A DNA stretch of 64,000 nt, taken from positions 7,199 through 71,198 of the IMG/VR virus record IMGVR_UViG_3300047392_000164. The stretch is one strand, 5' to 3'. Below are positions 30,340-40,646 of the stretch, one piece after another; the stretch's first letter is position 1, and each line of letters opens with the position of its first letter. The position numbers and the translations under genes are program-made. The stretch comes from a virus. The notes beneath the pieces are model-generated. The model was not told where the DNA came from, did not search any database, and saw only the letters and a list, made by a program, of their open reading frames with translations.

Positions 30340-30693
30340 ATGACATTGAACGAAGATAATTTTCTCCTTTATGCTATGCATCACTATGATAACACACAGT
30401 GTCATACCATTGAGGAGTTTGAGGAAGACTTAAGAAGATTCCTCTATCTCAAGAAGTTGTTTATTAGGCACCACAATAATAAGGAACTAAGAGAACGACT
30501 TATATTGAACCACATCATCGTTCTATATAACATATTTGGTGATGCCACGACTGACATGCTCTTTTTCAAAATGAATGAAGAACATAAGTCAGCCTTGGCA
30601 ACATTTTTAGTATACTTAAATAGGTTACCTGAACATCTAATGTCAGAGATTCCTATAGATATAGATGTTGCAACAGCGTTAAGGAAAATTTAA
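30340..30693 (+). CDS. Conserved T4-like hypothetical protein
   Basis: NFLLYAM.HY.N, LILNHII.LYN.FG. Confidence 0.75.
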   Translation: MTLNEDNFLLYAMHHYDNTQCHTIEEFEEDLRRFLYLKKLFIRHHNNKELRERLILNHIIVLYNIFGDATTDMLFFKMNEEHKSALATFLVYLNRLPEHLMSEIPIDIDVATALRKI

Positions 30694-31247
30694 TGTCTAC
30701 AACTATAGACAACATGCTTGCTTTTAAGATTCTCTATATGCTTGTCACTCCATTCGAGAAGACAGACGCGTATAAGTTTGGAATCATTGACAAGGATGGT
30801 ACACCACTCAAGAAATCTAAAGATCTAAAGTCAAGTGAAGAGAAAGACTCTTACACTAACCTAGATCGTTTGGTGTTTTCTCTAAAGCGCTTGTTGGGTA
30901 AAGTGCCGGGAGGCAAGAGTCAATTGGCTTCATTAGTAGCTGCATATTGGCTTATTAAAGAATCACATCAGAAGAGAACAGTAGTCAAAGAAGAAGAACT
31001 TCTTTCACTTATTGATCTCATCGAAGAAAAGAAACTTACTTTAGTCGAGGAAGAACTTGACATTGAGAAGTTTATTGCTATGATGGAAGATGGCGGAGCA
31101 GCTATCGCCAATACTGCAGGTGCTGCAACAGCAACCGATAAGCCAGTTGTGAAACTAAACAAAAAGAATAAGCCAATATCAGGTATCCTTGGTCTACCTG
31201 ATTATATTGCACGTAGAAAACAACCTGTTCAAATGGGGCAAAAATGA
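30693..31247 (+). CDS. Conserved T4-like hypothetical protein
   Basis: AYK.GIID..G, RLVF.LKRLL. Confidence 0.7.
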   Translation: MSTTIDNMLAFKILYMLVTPFEKTDAYKFGIIDKDGTPLKKSKDLKSSEEKDSYTNLDRLVFSLKRLLGKVPGGKSQLASLVAAYWLIKESHQKRTVVKEEELLSLIDLIEEKKLTLVEEELDIEKFIAMMEDGGAAIANTAGAATATDKPVVKLNKKNKPISGILGLPDYIARRKQPVQMGQK

Positions 31248-32272
31248 AATCATTTAAAGAAGTACAAGAAGCATTTGGTCGTCGTCATGACGCTTACACT
31301 CGTGACTATCATAGCTCAGTTTCTGGAATGGGTAAACATCAATCGCATGCTTATCATGCAGATGGCGGCGCTAATGATGAAGGCTGGGATCGTGAACATC
31401 ATCATAAGCCTGCAGATCATCCGCACTCTGTGCATATTAATGGTAAGAAGTGGAAGACGTTTGGTTCACACTCTCATGCTAGCAACGTAGCAAAGAAGAT
31501 TAAAGGTGCTACTGTTCATAAAGAAGAAACTGAATTGGATGAAGCTATTGATCCAAGCGAAATTGCAAGTAATCCGAAGATGTACAATTCTGATGCTGCT
31601 AAGAAAGCGTATTATCATAAGAATGCTACAGCTGAAGATAAGAAGTCTTTAGAGCGTCATCTTGATCGTCATCATGGTAATAAAGAATGGCGCAAATCTG
31701 TTAAAGAAGAAGCTACTTGTAAAGTATGCAAACAAGATCCATGTATCTGTGATGATGATTCTCATGGATTTGTAAAAGAAAGCGAAGAATCTGATAAGCA
31801 CTATAAAGAAGCAGAAGAACACTTATCTAAAGCAAATGATTCTGATGCCAAAGGAGATAAGAAATCTTTCCATGCACATATGGCAAACCATCATGATGCT
31901 ATGTCTGAGTGGCATGACTCTAAAGGTCGTTCTGCTTCAGCAGATAAGCATGCAGAAAAAGCTGATTATCACCATGAGAAATCTTTAAGTGAACAAGTTA
32001 TTGAAGCACGTATGTCAGCAGCAGTAAAACTACAACGAGCTTTCCAACGTCAACAAGAAAAGTCTGCAGCATCACGTAAGCGTGGTGAGGAACTTCTAAA
32101 TCCTAAGAAGGATGAACCAAAGAAAGTTTCTGAAGGCGTTAAGAGTCCGGGCGTAGGCTGGATGATTAGACAAGATCCAAAGCTTGCTGCTATCATTAAA
32201 GTTCGTAAAGAGAAGATGAAAACTTTTAGACAGCACGTTGGCAAGAAGATTGAAGATAAAGATAAAGACTAA
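31244..32272 (+). CDS. His-rich probable internal head protein
   Basis: MKSFKEVQE start; repeated VKEE/LDE sites. Confidence 0.6.
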   Translation: MKSFKEVQEAFGRRHDAYTRDYHSSVSGMGKHQSHAYHADGGANDEGWDREHHHKPADHPHSVHINGKKWKTFGSHSHASNVAKKIKGATVHKEETELDEAIDPSEIASNPKMYNSDAAKKAYYHKNATAEDKKSLERHLDRHHGNKEWRKSVKEEATCKVCKQDPCICDDDSHGFVKESEESDKHYKEAEEHLSKANDSDAKGDKKSFHAHMANHHDAMSEWHDSKGRSASADKHAEKADYHHEKSLSEQVIEARMSAAVKLQRAFQRQQEKSAASRKRGEELLNPKKDEPKKVSEGVKSPGVGWMIRQDPKLAAIIKVRKEKMKTFRQHVGKKIEDKDKD

Positions 32273-32685
32273 TGTGGTTATTGAAATTTCTGCCTGATTG
32301 GATATTTTATGCAATGCTGGTCGCCGGTGCGATTGGCATCGTCGCTTCTAAGTTTGCTCCAGCATATTATCGATCGGCAGTAATGGCAGCTTCAGCTGGC
32401 GTATTCCTTATTGGAGTATTCATGGCTGGTGCAATTCATGATAATGATGCATGGCTTGCAAGAATAAAAGAACTTGAACTTAAGACTGCTAAAGTAGAAG
32501 TAGAATCCACTAAGGAAACTGCTAAAGTTCAAGTTAAAGTAATAGAGAAAACACAAGTTGTTAAAGTACGTGGTGATGATATCATCAAGTATGTTGACCG
32601 TGAAATTGTCAAGTACGACGAGACATGTAAGATTCCAAAAGAATTAACTGAAGCTCTTAATAAAGCTGCGGAGCCAATTAAATGA
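32272..32685 (+). CDS. Putative i-spanin
   Basis: N-terminal TM helices plus coiled coil, upstream of a lipoprotein and the endolysin. Confidence 0.65.
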   Translation: MWLLKFLPDWIFYAMLVAGAIGIVASKFAPAYYRSAVMAASAGVFLIGVFMAGAIHDNDAWLARIKELELKTAKVEVESTKETAKVQVKVIEKTQVVKVRGDDIIKYVDREIVKYDETCKIPKELTEALNKAAEPIK

Positions 32686-32939
32686 AATATTTTCTAATTG
32701 CTCTATTACTTTCAGGTTGTTCGACTACAGTTCCAGTCGCAATGAAATTTCCTGAAGCTCCACTGAATATACAAGAAAAGTGTCATCCCTTAGAAAAACT
32801 AAAAGATGACGCAAAGCTTAGTGACTTAGCTAAAACAGTCACAGTGAATTATACAGAGTACTACGCCTGTTCCATTAAGACAGACGCTTGGATTGAATGG
32901 TATCAAACCCAAAAGAAACTATTTGAAAGCTTAAATTAA
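32682..32939 (+). CDS. Putative o-spanin lipoprotein
   Basis: Lipobox LLLSGC followed by a Pro-rich segment. Confidence 0.7.
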   Translation: MKYFLIALLLSGCSTTVPVAMKFPEAPLNIQEKCHPLEKLKDDAKLSDLAKTVTVNYTEYYACSIKTDAWIEWYQTQKKLFESLN

Positions 32940-33562
32940 TGGAACTGACTTTACAACAACTTAAACAGCTGTTGCCAAAGAATCCCTATGTGGAACATTG
33001 GCATGAAGCATTGTCTCAACTCCTACCGGATTATGAGATCAACACTCCTCAGCGTATTGCTGCCTTCATTGCGCAATGTGCTCATGAATCAGGCGGCTTT
33101 ACAGCTTTGAAGGAGAACCTTAACTATAAACCTGCAACTCTTCGCAAAATCTTCCCTAAATATTTCCCAACCGACGAACTAGCCAATGCGTACTGTTCTA
33201 TGCCAGATAAGCAAGCTGCTATTGCGAATCGTGTATATGCTAATCGTATGGGTAATGGTGATGAACATAGCGGTGACGGTTATCGCTATTGCGGCCGCGG
33301 CCTTATTCAGTTAACAGGTAAAGACAACTATACTTGGTTTGCTGCATCACTCAACATCTCTCCTGATGAAGCATCAGAGTATCTTGGAACTTTTGAAGGT
33401 GCTGCACAATCAGCATGCTGGTTCTGGGAAACAAACAACCTTAATCAGTGGGCCGACAAAGGTGACATCCTTACGCTAACAAAGCGTATTAATGGTGGTA
33501 CTATTGGTTTAGAAGATCGTATCAAGCATTATGAACATGCATTGCATGTGCTAGGAGTATAA
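32939..33562 (+). CDS. Glycoside hydrolase family 19 endolysin
   Basis: AQCAHES, ENLNY, GRGLIQLTG..NY, INGG..GL.DR. Confidence 0.9.
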   Translation: MELTLQQLKQLLPKNPYVEHWHEALSQLLPDYEINTPQRIAAFIAQCAHESGGFTALKENLNYKPATLRKIFPKYFPTDELANAYCSMPDKQAAIANRVYANRMGNGDEHSGDGYRYCGRGLIQLTGKDNYTWFAASLNISPDEASEYLGTFEGAAQSACWFWETNNLNQWADKGDILTLTKRINGGTIGLEDRIKHYEHALHVLGV

Positions 33563-33563
33563 T

Positions 33564-34037
33564 ATGGCAGAAGAAGTACAAGTAGAAAAGAAACCCGATG
33601 AAGATTGGATGACCAAGAAGTGGCGTCCAATGATGGCAATGATGTATATGATTTGTTGTCTATGTGACTTTGCATTGTTCCCGATCATGTTCACTGTTGT
33701 TCAATTCTGGGAAGTTCAAGCTGCCAACGACGCGTTCCGTCAGTGGGTTCCAATTACACTTCAAGGCGGTGGTCTATTCCACGTTGCTATGGGTGGTGTT
33801 CTTGGTGTATCAGCTTATGGTCGTACTCAGGAAAAAGTTGCAGGTGCTACAACAGTAAGTACAGGTGTTCTAACACCAACGCTCACTCCTACACCATCAC
33901 CTGCGCCTGTAGTAAATAATACACCGGCACCTGTGGTCAGTGCTCCTATTCAACGTGTTGAACAAGAAGCTGCACCAATCGTTGTAGGCTTTGGTGGAAA
34001 AGCTGCACCTCCTCCAGCACCACAACCTCTTATTTAA
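33564..34037 (+). CDS. Putative holin
   Basis: KWRPMM, TM helices, LGVSAYGRTQEK; next to the endolysin. Confidence 0.65.
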   Translation: MAEEVQVEKKPDEDWMTKKWRPMMAMMYMICCLCDFALFPIMFTVVQFWEVQAANDAFRQWVPITLQGGGLFHVAMGGVLGVSAYGRTQEKVAGATTVSTGVLTPTLTPTPSPAPVVNNTPAPVVSAPIQRVEQEAAPIVVGFGGKAAPPPAPQPLI

Positions 34038-34046
34038 GGATTGAAA

Positions 34047-34229
34047 ATGAAATCAATTATTTTAGCAACTGCTTTGATTTTCGGCATGACCGCTTCATCA
34101 TTTGCAGTAGAAACAAAGAAAGTCTGCGTTGACCAAAAGGACGCAAAGACTGGTAAGACTAAACAAGTCTGTAAAGAAGTTAAACAACATAAGAAACTAG
34201 AAGGAACTAAGGTTCCAGAGAAGAAGTAA
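34047..34229 (+). CDS. Small exported protein
   Basis: Signal peptide and two Cys. Confidence 0.6.
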   Translation: MKSIILATALIFGMTASSFAVETKKVCVDQKDAKTGKTKQVCKEVKQHKKLEGTKVPEKK

Positions 34230-34230
34230 T

Positions 34231-34587
34231 ATGGATATGCCGGAAAGAATAGCTAGAATGGAAGCACAAGTTGAAGCCATAAAGGAAGACATGACTGAAG
34301 TCAAGAATGACATCAAAGATCTGCATTCGCGTATCACAACCGGCAATCGCGAAATTGTTGATAGATTAGATTCTATGGAAATTAGAATCGAAGAGAAAAT
34401 GAATGCAAGTGCAGAAGCATCTAAGAAACAACACCTTGATATAGAATCAAATCTTAAAAAAGATATCAAAGATATCAATACAAGAGTTGATGTTCTTGAA
34501 AGATGGCGTTGGATGATTGTTGGTGGAGCTATTGCAGTAGGTTATCTAATATCTCACCTAGATCTTTTTGGAAAAATTATGAAGTAA
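34231..34587 (+). CDS. Coiled-coil protein with C-terminal TM helix
   Basis: Heptad repeats followed by WRWMIVGGAIAVG. Confidence 0.65.
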   Translation: MDMPERIARMEAQVEAIKEDMTEVKNDIKDLHSRITTGNREIVDRLDSMEIRIEEKMNASAEASKKQHLDIESNLKKDIKDINTRVDVLERWRWMIVGGAIAVGYLISHLDLFGKIMK

Positions 34588-34590
34588 GAT

Positions 34591-34619
34591 TGTACTTAAT
34601 CTCGTATGTAATATATAAT
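34591..34619 (+). promoter_or_regulatory. Early-type promoter
   Basis: TGTACT-17-TATAAT. Confidence 0.7.
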
Positions 34620-34650
34620 GGTACTAGTGAATTTGTCAATGGAGATCTAA

Positions 34651-35340
34651 GTGCAAGTAAAATTAATTTCGTATTCAAAACCATCTCGAGAGCTCGTCAG
34701 TGACGGGCTCTACGACGTTCAGGAACTCATCGCTTTTTGCGCACGAGTATCAAATCCTGCAAACCAATTCAATACTGAAACATCCGAGAAATTAATCAAA
34801 TATCTCGTGAAACATCAGCATTGGTCACCTCTTGAAATGGTGAGTGCATGTCTCGAAGTAGTTACTACTCGGGACATTGCTCGTCAGATCCTTCGTCATC
34901 GTTCTTTCTCATTCCAAGAATTCAGTCAACGCTATGCAGATCCAACTGCAGAACTCAGCGAAGCATTTGTGTTACGCGAAGCTCGCTTCCAAGACACTAA
35001 GAATCGTCAAAATTCTATTGAAGCTGATATGACGGATCAAGCACAACGCATGACTGCTATTGAATGGGAACGCGCACAAAAGCGTGTACTATACGCAGTA
35101 GAGAAAGAATATAAATGGGCTATCGCTAATGGCATCGCCAAGGAGCAAGCTCGAGCAGTTCTACCAGAAGGTTTGACTGTATCACGCATGTATATGAATG
35201 GAACCCTACGTTCTTGGATCCATTTTATTCAAGTCCGTTCTGGCAACGGAACTCAGAAAGAACATATGTTAATCGCAAGAGAAGTCGCTGCAGTAATTGC
35301 CGAGATCTTTCCACTTGCGAATGAATTCGTAACACAATAA
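34651..35340 (+). CDS. thyX: Flavin-dependent thymidylate synthase
   Basis: RHRSFSFQEFSQRY signature, HWSP.E. Confidence 0.95.
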   Translation: MQVKLISYSKPSRELVSDGLYDVQELIAFCARVSNPANQFNTETSEKLIKYLVKHQHWSPLEMVSACLEVVTTRDIARQILRHRSFSFQEFSQRYADPTAELSEAFVLREARFQDTKNRQNSIEADMTDQAQRMTAIEWERAQKRVLYAVEKEYKWAIANGIAKEQARAVLPEGLTVSRMYMNGTLRSWIHFIQVRSGNGTQKEHMLIAREVAAVIAEIFPLANEFVTQ

Positions 35341-35354
35341 ACAAGGAAGCAAAT

Positions 35355-37169
35355 ATGGATGACGTTGTCCACGGCATCAGGGTAGACTATTCTCGCGATA
35401 ATCTATTCGATGAGTTAGGCCAGATTCGCCTGAAAGAATCATATATGAAAGATGATGAGGTATCACCTCAAGAAAGATTTGCATTTGTATCGTCTAAATT
35501 TGGATCGAATCCGGAGCATGCTCAAAGGTTGTATGAATACTCTAGTCAACATTGGCTTAGCTATGCTACCCCTATATTATCTTTTGGTCGTAGTAAACGT
35601 GGTCTCCCGATATCTTGCTTCCTAAACTATATTGAAGACACCGCAGAGGGTTTAGTTGATAACTTCAGCGAAACAAGTTGGCTATCTATGATGGGCGGCG
35701 GTGTTGGTATTGGCTTTGGTATTCGTTCTGCAAGTGACAAGTCTACAGGTGTTATGCCACACTTGAAAACATATGATGCATCTTCACTTGCCTATAAACA
35801 AGGTAGCACTCGTCGTGGTTCCTATGCAGCATACCTTGATATCTCTCATCCAGATATCATTAGCTTCCTAGAATTGCGTAAGCCAACTGGCGATCAGAAC
35901 ATGCGCTGTTTGAACTTACATCATGGTATTAATATTCCTGACAAGTTCATGGATATCATTGAACGTTGTATGATTGACAATGAAGCTAATGATGATTGGG
36001 AACTAATTGATCCAGCGAGTAACGAAGTACGTGAAGTCGTATCTGCGAAGCATCTATGGCAACAAATCCTTGAATTGCGTATGCAAACAGGTGAGCCATA
36101 CATCCACTTCATTGATGAATCAAACCGTAAGCTTCCACAGTGGCTTAAGGACAAAGGTCTGAAGGTACATCAATCTAATCTATGTTCTGAAATCATTCTT
36201 CCAACAAATGAAAAGCGTACTGCAGTATGTTGCTTGTCTTCATTGAACTTAGAATATTATGATGAGTGGAAAGATCATCCTACATTCTTGCGTGATGTAG
36301 CAGAAATGCTTGATAACGTATTGGAATACTTTATTGCTAATGCATCAAAGGAAATCAAGCGTGCTAAATACTCTGCAATGCGTGAACGTTCTATCGGCAT
36401 TGGCGCACTAGGCTTCCATGCTCTTCTACAAAAGAAGAACATTGCGTGGGAATCTGCTCTTGCAAAATCATTAAATATTCGTATCTTTAAAGGTGTAAGG
36501 GAAAAGCTAGATGAAGCTAATCAAGTATTGGGATTGGAAAGAGGTGAGGCGCCTGACGCTACTGGTACTGGGAATCGCTTCAGTCATCTTATGGCTATTG
36601 CTCCCAATGCTTCTTCTTCCATTCTCATGGGCAACACTTCTCCTAGTGTTGAACCTTATCGTGCCAATGCTTATCGCCAGGACACTCTATCGGGTTCTCA
36701 CCTAAACAAGAATAAGTTCCTTGATATTGTTATTCGTAATCATCTTGGAAAAGATAAAGAATTCGGCGCTGCAAATTCTGGTGACTACGACGAAGTGTGG
36801 AGTTCCATTATGGCTAATGACGGATCAGTACAGCATCTTGCTTGGATGGATGAATACACTAAAGAAGTCTTTAAGACATCAATGGAAATTGATCAACGTT
36901 GGGTTATTGAACATGCTGCTGATCGTCAAGAGTTTATTGATCAAGCGCAATCATTGAACTTGTTCTTCCGTCCAGATTCGCATATTAAATACATCCATAG
37001 TGTTCACTTCCTTGCATGGAAGAAGAAGCTTAAGACTTTGTACTATTGCCGCTCTGAAAAGATTGGTAAGGCTGACAAAGTTCATAAAAAGATTGAACGT
37101 GAAATCATTAAGGAAATTGACTTGAGTCAAATCGCACAAGGGAATGATTGCATTGCGTGTGAAGGATAA
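35355..37169 (+). CDS. nrdA: Ribonucleotide reductase class I alpha subunit
   Basis: SNLCSE, APNASSS, TLYY, C-terminal CIACEG. Confidence 0.95.
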   Translation: MDDVVHGIRVDYSRDNLFDELGQIRLKESYMKDDEVSPQERFAFVSSKFGSNPEHAQRLYEYSSQHWLSYATPILSFGRSKRGLPISCFLNYIEDTAEGLVDNFSETSWLSMMGGGVGIGFGIRSASDKSTGVMPHLKTYDASSLAYKQGSTRRGSYAAYLDISHPDIISFLELRKPTGDQNMRCLNLHHGINIPDKFMDIIERCMIDNEANDDWELIDPASNEVREVVSAKHLWQQILELRMQTGEPYIHFIDESNRKLPQWLKDKGLKVHQSNLCSEIILPTNEKRTAVCCLSSLNLEYYDEWKDHPTFLRDVAEMLDNVLEYFIANASKEIKRAKYSAMRERSIGIGALGFHALLQKKNIAWESALAKSLNIRIFKGVREKLDEANQVLGLERGEAPDATGTGNRFSHLMAIAPNASSSILMGNTSPSVEPYRANAYRQDTLSGSHLNKNKFLDIVIRNHLGKDKEFGAANSGDYDEVWSSIMANDGSVQHLAWMDEYTKEVFKTSMEIDQRWVIEHAADRQEFIDQAQSLNLFFRPDSHIKYIHSVHFLAWKKKLKTLYYCRSEKIGKADKVHKKIEREIIKEIDLSQIAQGNDCIACEG

Positions 37170-37172
37170 TAT

Positions 37173-38342
37173 ATGACAACAGTTGCTGTTGTGGGAGCCG
37201 GCATCTCCGGCCTATCAGTTGCATATGAATGTGCAAAAGCTGGATATGAAGTAAGTGTCTTTGACGAAGAATCATATCCAGCAATGAAGACTAGCTATGC
37301 TAATGGTGGTCAAATCAGTGTTAGCAATAGCGAAGTGTGGAATTCTTGGAGCAACGTACTTAAGGGTATGAAATGGCTCACAAAGAAAGATGCTCCACTT
37401 CTTATTCGCCCATCATTAGATTGGGACAAAGCAGTTTGGATTGCTAAGTTCTTATATGCTACTGCAAATGGTGAAGCTGCACGTAATACTGCGCAAACTA
37501 TTCTACTTGGTATTGAATCTCGTAAACGATATGCTGAAATCATTCGTGATGAAAACATTGAGTTTGATAAAAGTGATTGTGGTATTCTTCACTTCTATAA
37601 AGACGAACAATACCTACAACACGCTGTAGACATGAAGAAGATCTACAATGAGAATGGATGTGAATGGGACATTCTTAATCGTGATCAAATCTTAGAGATT
37701 GAACCTACGTTAGATCGTGCAAGCGGAATCCTTGGAGGAGCTTGGACTCCTAGCGATTGGACTGGTGATATTCACAAGTATTGCTATGGAATGTATAACG
37801 TACTAAAAGACAAGTATGGCGTGAAGTTCTTCTTTAACGCCAAGATCTATAATGTACGTGAAGATCTAGGTTACTTTGATAAGATCGTTATTGCAAATGG
37901 TGTAGGTGCTACAAAACTTACAAGCAAACTAAGCGATAAACGTTTAGTCTATCCTGTAAAAGGTTATAGCATTACAGTCACGGTAGATGATATAGATAGT
38001 CTACCAACCGTAAGTTTGCTTGATGATCAAGCAAAGATTGTAACAGCAACTCTTGGTAATCGTTTCCGAGTTGCCGGCACTGCAGAACTTGCAGGCCACA
38101 ATTACGATATTCGTCGTGATCGTATTGAACCTCTTTTGAAATGGGTTCACAATAACTTCCCGATGATTGACGCTCGTAATTATAGTCAATGGGCATGTTT
38201 AAGACCGATGGCTCCAAACATGATGCCTATTGTTGAGGAATCCTATGTGAAAGATATATACTATCACTTCGGTCATGGTCACCTAGGTTGGACTTTAAGT
38301 CCAGCAACTGCTCAGCAATTAGTCAGAATAATGGAGAAGTAA
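37173..38342 (+). CDS. D-amino acid dehydrogenase (DadA-like FAD oxidoreductase)
   Basis: GAGISG, TSYANGGQ, YPVKGYS, LRPM, GHGHLGWT. Confidence 0.85.
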   Translation: MTTVAVVGAGISGLSVAYECAKAGYEVSVFDEESYPAMKTSYANGGQISVSNSEVWNSWSNVLKGMKWLTKKDAPLLIRPSLDWDKAVWIAKFLYATANGEAARNTAQTILLGIESRKRYAEIIRDENIEFDKSDCGILHFYKDEQYLQHAVDMKKIYNENGCEWDILNRDQILEIEPTLDRASGILGGAWTPSDWTGDIHKYCYGMYNVLKDKYGVKFFFNAKIYNVREDLGYFDKIVIANGVGATKLTSKLSDKRLVYPVKGYSITVTVDDIDSLPTVSLLDDQAKIVTATLGNRFRVAGTAELAGHNYDIRRDRIEPLLKWVHNNFPMIDARNYSQWACLRPMAPNMMPIVEESYVKDIYYHFGHGHLGWTLSPATAQQLVRIMEK

Positions 38343-38539
38343 TGGACGCATATCTTTTGTATCAGTCAATCAAACAGCTTTGGGCTGAACACACTAATAA
38401 GAACAGTGGAGGCATTTCAAAGAATGATTACACTTATATGAAAGCATGCATCTGGACAGATGAAGGATATAGAGAGATTGTAGGTGCATCCTACAATCCT
38501 AAGTTAAAAATGATAGAATTAGAAATGGATAAAGAATGA
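38342..38539 (+). CDS. Hypothetical protein
   Basis: Coupled ORF with GGAG SD. Confidence 0.6.
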   Translation: MDAYLLYQSIKQLWAEHTNKNSGGISKNDYTYMKACIWTDEGYREIVGASYNPKLKMIELEMDKE

Positions 38540-38784
38540 AACAAGTACTAAAATTTAGCGCAGCATGGTGCGGTCCATGTCAAGCTCTTGGTATGACTAT
38601 CAAGAGCGAAGATGACTGGGGTGTCGAAATTAAAGAAATTGACATCGATGAAGAACTTGACATGGCTTCTCAGTATGGCATTCGATCAGTGCCTACTTTA
38701 GTAATGTTAGAAAATGGTGCTGAAGTCAAGCGTAAGTCAGGTGCATTGAACAAAGTTCAATTGAAAGAATTCATCAATGGTTAA
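38536..38784 (+). CDS. Thioredoxin
   Basis: WCGPC, IRSVPT. Confidence 0.93.
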   Translation: MKQVLKFSAAWCGPCQALGMTIKSEDDWGVEIKEIDIDEELDMASQYGIRSVPTLVMLENGAEVKRKSGALNKVQLKEFING

Positions 38785-39766
38785 AGCAAAGCATAATCTG
38801 CTATCAGACCGTAGCAACTTTAAGCCCTTCAATTATCCTTGGGCGTATGATGCTTGGCTGAAACACGAACAATCACATTGGCTTCATACAGAAGTACCAA
38901 TGGCTGAAGACGTAAAAGATTGGAAGAAGAAACTTACTAAGGAAGAAAAGCAATTCCTTACGCACATCTTCCGATTCTTTACTCAAGGCGACATTGACGT
39001 TGCAGGTGGATATGTTAATAACTATCTACCTTACTTCCCTCAACCAGAAGTACGTATGATGCTATTGGGATTTGCTGCACGTGAAGCACTTCACATTGCT
39101 GCATATTCTCATTTAATTGAAACGCTAGGTTTGCCTGAAACAACTTATAGTGAATTCTTGGAATACGCTGAAATGAAAGAGAAGCACGATTATGTGTTGA
39201 ATCTATCTGCTCAGAATACTACAAAAGAAAACACTGCAAAACATATTGCTGTCTTTAGTGCTTTCACTGAAGGTATGCAATTGTTCTCGTCTTTCATTAT
39301 GTTGTTGAACTTCCCTCGTCATGGCAAAATGAAAGGTATGGGACAGATTGTTACTTGGTCTATTGTTGATGAAACACAGCATACTGAATCAATGACTAAG
39401 TTGTTTAAAGAGTACATCAAAGAAAATCCAGAGATCTGGAATGATGAACTCAAAGGTGAACTATACACCATTGCTGAAAAGATGGTTGCGCTTGAAGATA
39501 AGTTTATTGACCTAGCATTTGCTATTGGTCCTATGCTTGATCTAAGCTCAGAGGATGTTAAACAATACATTCGTTATATTACTGATCGTCGATTGATTGG
39601 CCTAGGCATGAAAGGTATCTTTAAAGTTAAGAAGAATCCTTTGCCTTGGGTTGAAGAGATGATCAATGCACCAACACATACAAACTTCTTTGAGAATCGT
39701 GCAACTGATTACGCTAAGGGCGCTCTCTCAGGCACATGGGAAGACGTTTGGGCTAAGGAGACTTAA
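38777..39766 (+). CDS. nrdB: Ribonucleotide reductase class I beta subunit
   Basis: EALH..AY, EG..LFSSF, DETQH, NFFE. Confidence 0.95.
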   Translation: MVKAKHNLLSDRSNFKPFNYPWAYDAWLKHEQSHWLHTEVPMAEDVKDWKKKLTKEEKQFLTHIFRFFTQGDIDVAGGYVNNYLPYFPQPEVRMMLLGFAAREALHIAAYSHLIETLGLPETTYSEFLEYAEMKEKHDYVLNLSAQNTTKENTAKHIAVFSAFTEGMQLFSSFIMLLNFPRHGKMKGMGQIVTWSIVDETQHTESMTKLFKEYIKENPEIWNDELKGELYTIAEKMVALEDKFIDLAFAIGPMLDLSSEDVKQYIRYITDRRLIGLGMKGIFKVKKNPLPWVEEMINAPTHTNFFENRATDYAKGALSGTWEDVWAKET

Positions 39767-39924
39767 TGGCATTAAAACATTTTGATTGCGACAGCTGTGG
39801 AGCCCACGGCAAAATCACTTTTAAAGAAGATGATCAATTTCGTAAAGCAGACGTAGCATATTGCCCGTTCTGCGGCGGTGATATCTATGAGGAAGAAGAG
39901 TATGTCGAAGAAGACGATCAGTAA
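39766..39924 (+). CDS. Small zinc-ribbon protein (52 aa)
   Basis: CDSC...CPFC and acidic tail; not in the track. Confidence 0.7.
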   Translation: MALKHFDCDSCGAHGKITFKEDDQFRKADVAYCPFCGGDIYEEEEYVEEDDQ

Positions 39925-40267
39925 GGTAATCATCTACTATGAAGATGGAACGTACGAAGAAGTTAAAGCTGGCTTTCCTCCTGTACAAGATAAACAGAAT
40001 AAAAGCCCTATTACCCCTCATCACGTAGACTTTAGACCTGACTGGCAAAAGGTAAAGGAGTGGCAAGAACCTGCTATTCCTCGTCCAACATGGGTTGCAC
40101 CAACAACTGATCCATCTCTTCCTCCATGGACAATCACGTGTGGTACGGATAATCTTCCTTTTAGTGTAGCTGCAGGTAAGTGGAGTTTTACGTCCACGGA
40201 TAACTTTGTAAATGATAAATATACCATTGCACCAACTGGTAATGGTAATGTGGATATATCAAAATAA
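39902..40267 (+). CDS. Hypothetical protein
   Basis: Overlapping ORF. Confidence 0.55.
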   Translation: MSKKTISKVIIYYEDGTYEEVKAGFPPVQDKQNKSPITPHHVDFRPDWQKVKEWQEPAIPRPTWVAPTTDPSLPPWTITCGTDNLPFSVAAGKWSFTSTDNFVNDKYTIAPTGNGNVDISK

Positions 40268-40646
40268 AGAGTTTACTGAAGATCAGATAGAGAAGTACAT
40301 TGGTTACATTTATCTGATCACAAATAAAATAACAGGACGAAAGTACATAGGAAAGAAACTTTTCTGGTTCTCTAAAACTCGTACCATAAAAGGTAAGAAG
40401 AAAAAAGAGAAAGTACTTTCGGATTGGCCTACATATTGGTCCTCCTCAGAAGAACTGAAGAAGGATGTGATGGAACTCGGTGAAGAAAACTTCACACGAG
40501 AAATTTTGTATTTGTGCTCTAACAAGGGCACGATGTCGTATCTTGAAGCACGTGAGCAATTTGCGTGTAAGGTTTTAGAAAACCCTGCTCAATGGTATAA
40601 CGGCATTATACAATGTAAAATACACAGAACACACGTTAAGCTATGA
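40248..40646 (+). CDS. GIY-YIG family protein
   Basis: GYIYLITN..TGRKYIGKK, YWSSS, F.REIL. Confidence 0.8.
   Translation: MWIYQNKEFTEDQIEKYIGYIYLITNKITGRKYIGKKLFWFSKTRTIKGKKKKEKVLSDWPTYWSSSEELKKDVMELGEENFTREILYLCSNKGTMSYLEAREQFACKVLENPAQWYNGIIQCKIHRTHVKL

Noticed and set aside
11226-39766. Introns or inteins in g43, g41, nrdA or nrdB
   Set aside because: The reading frames are continuous and of ordinary length.
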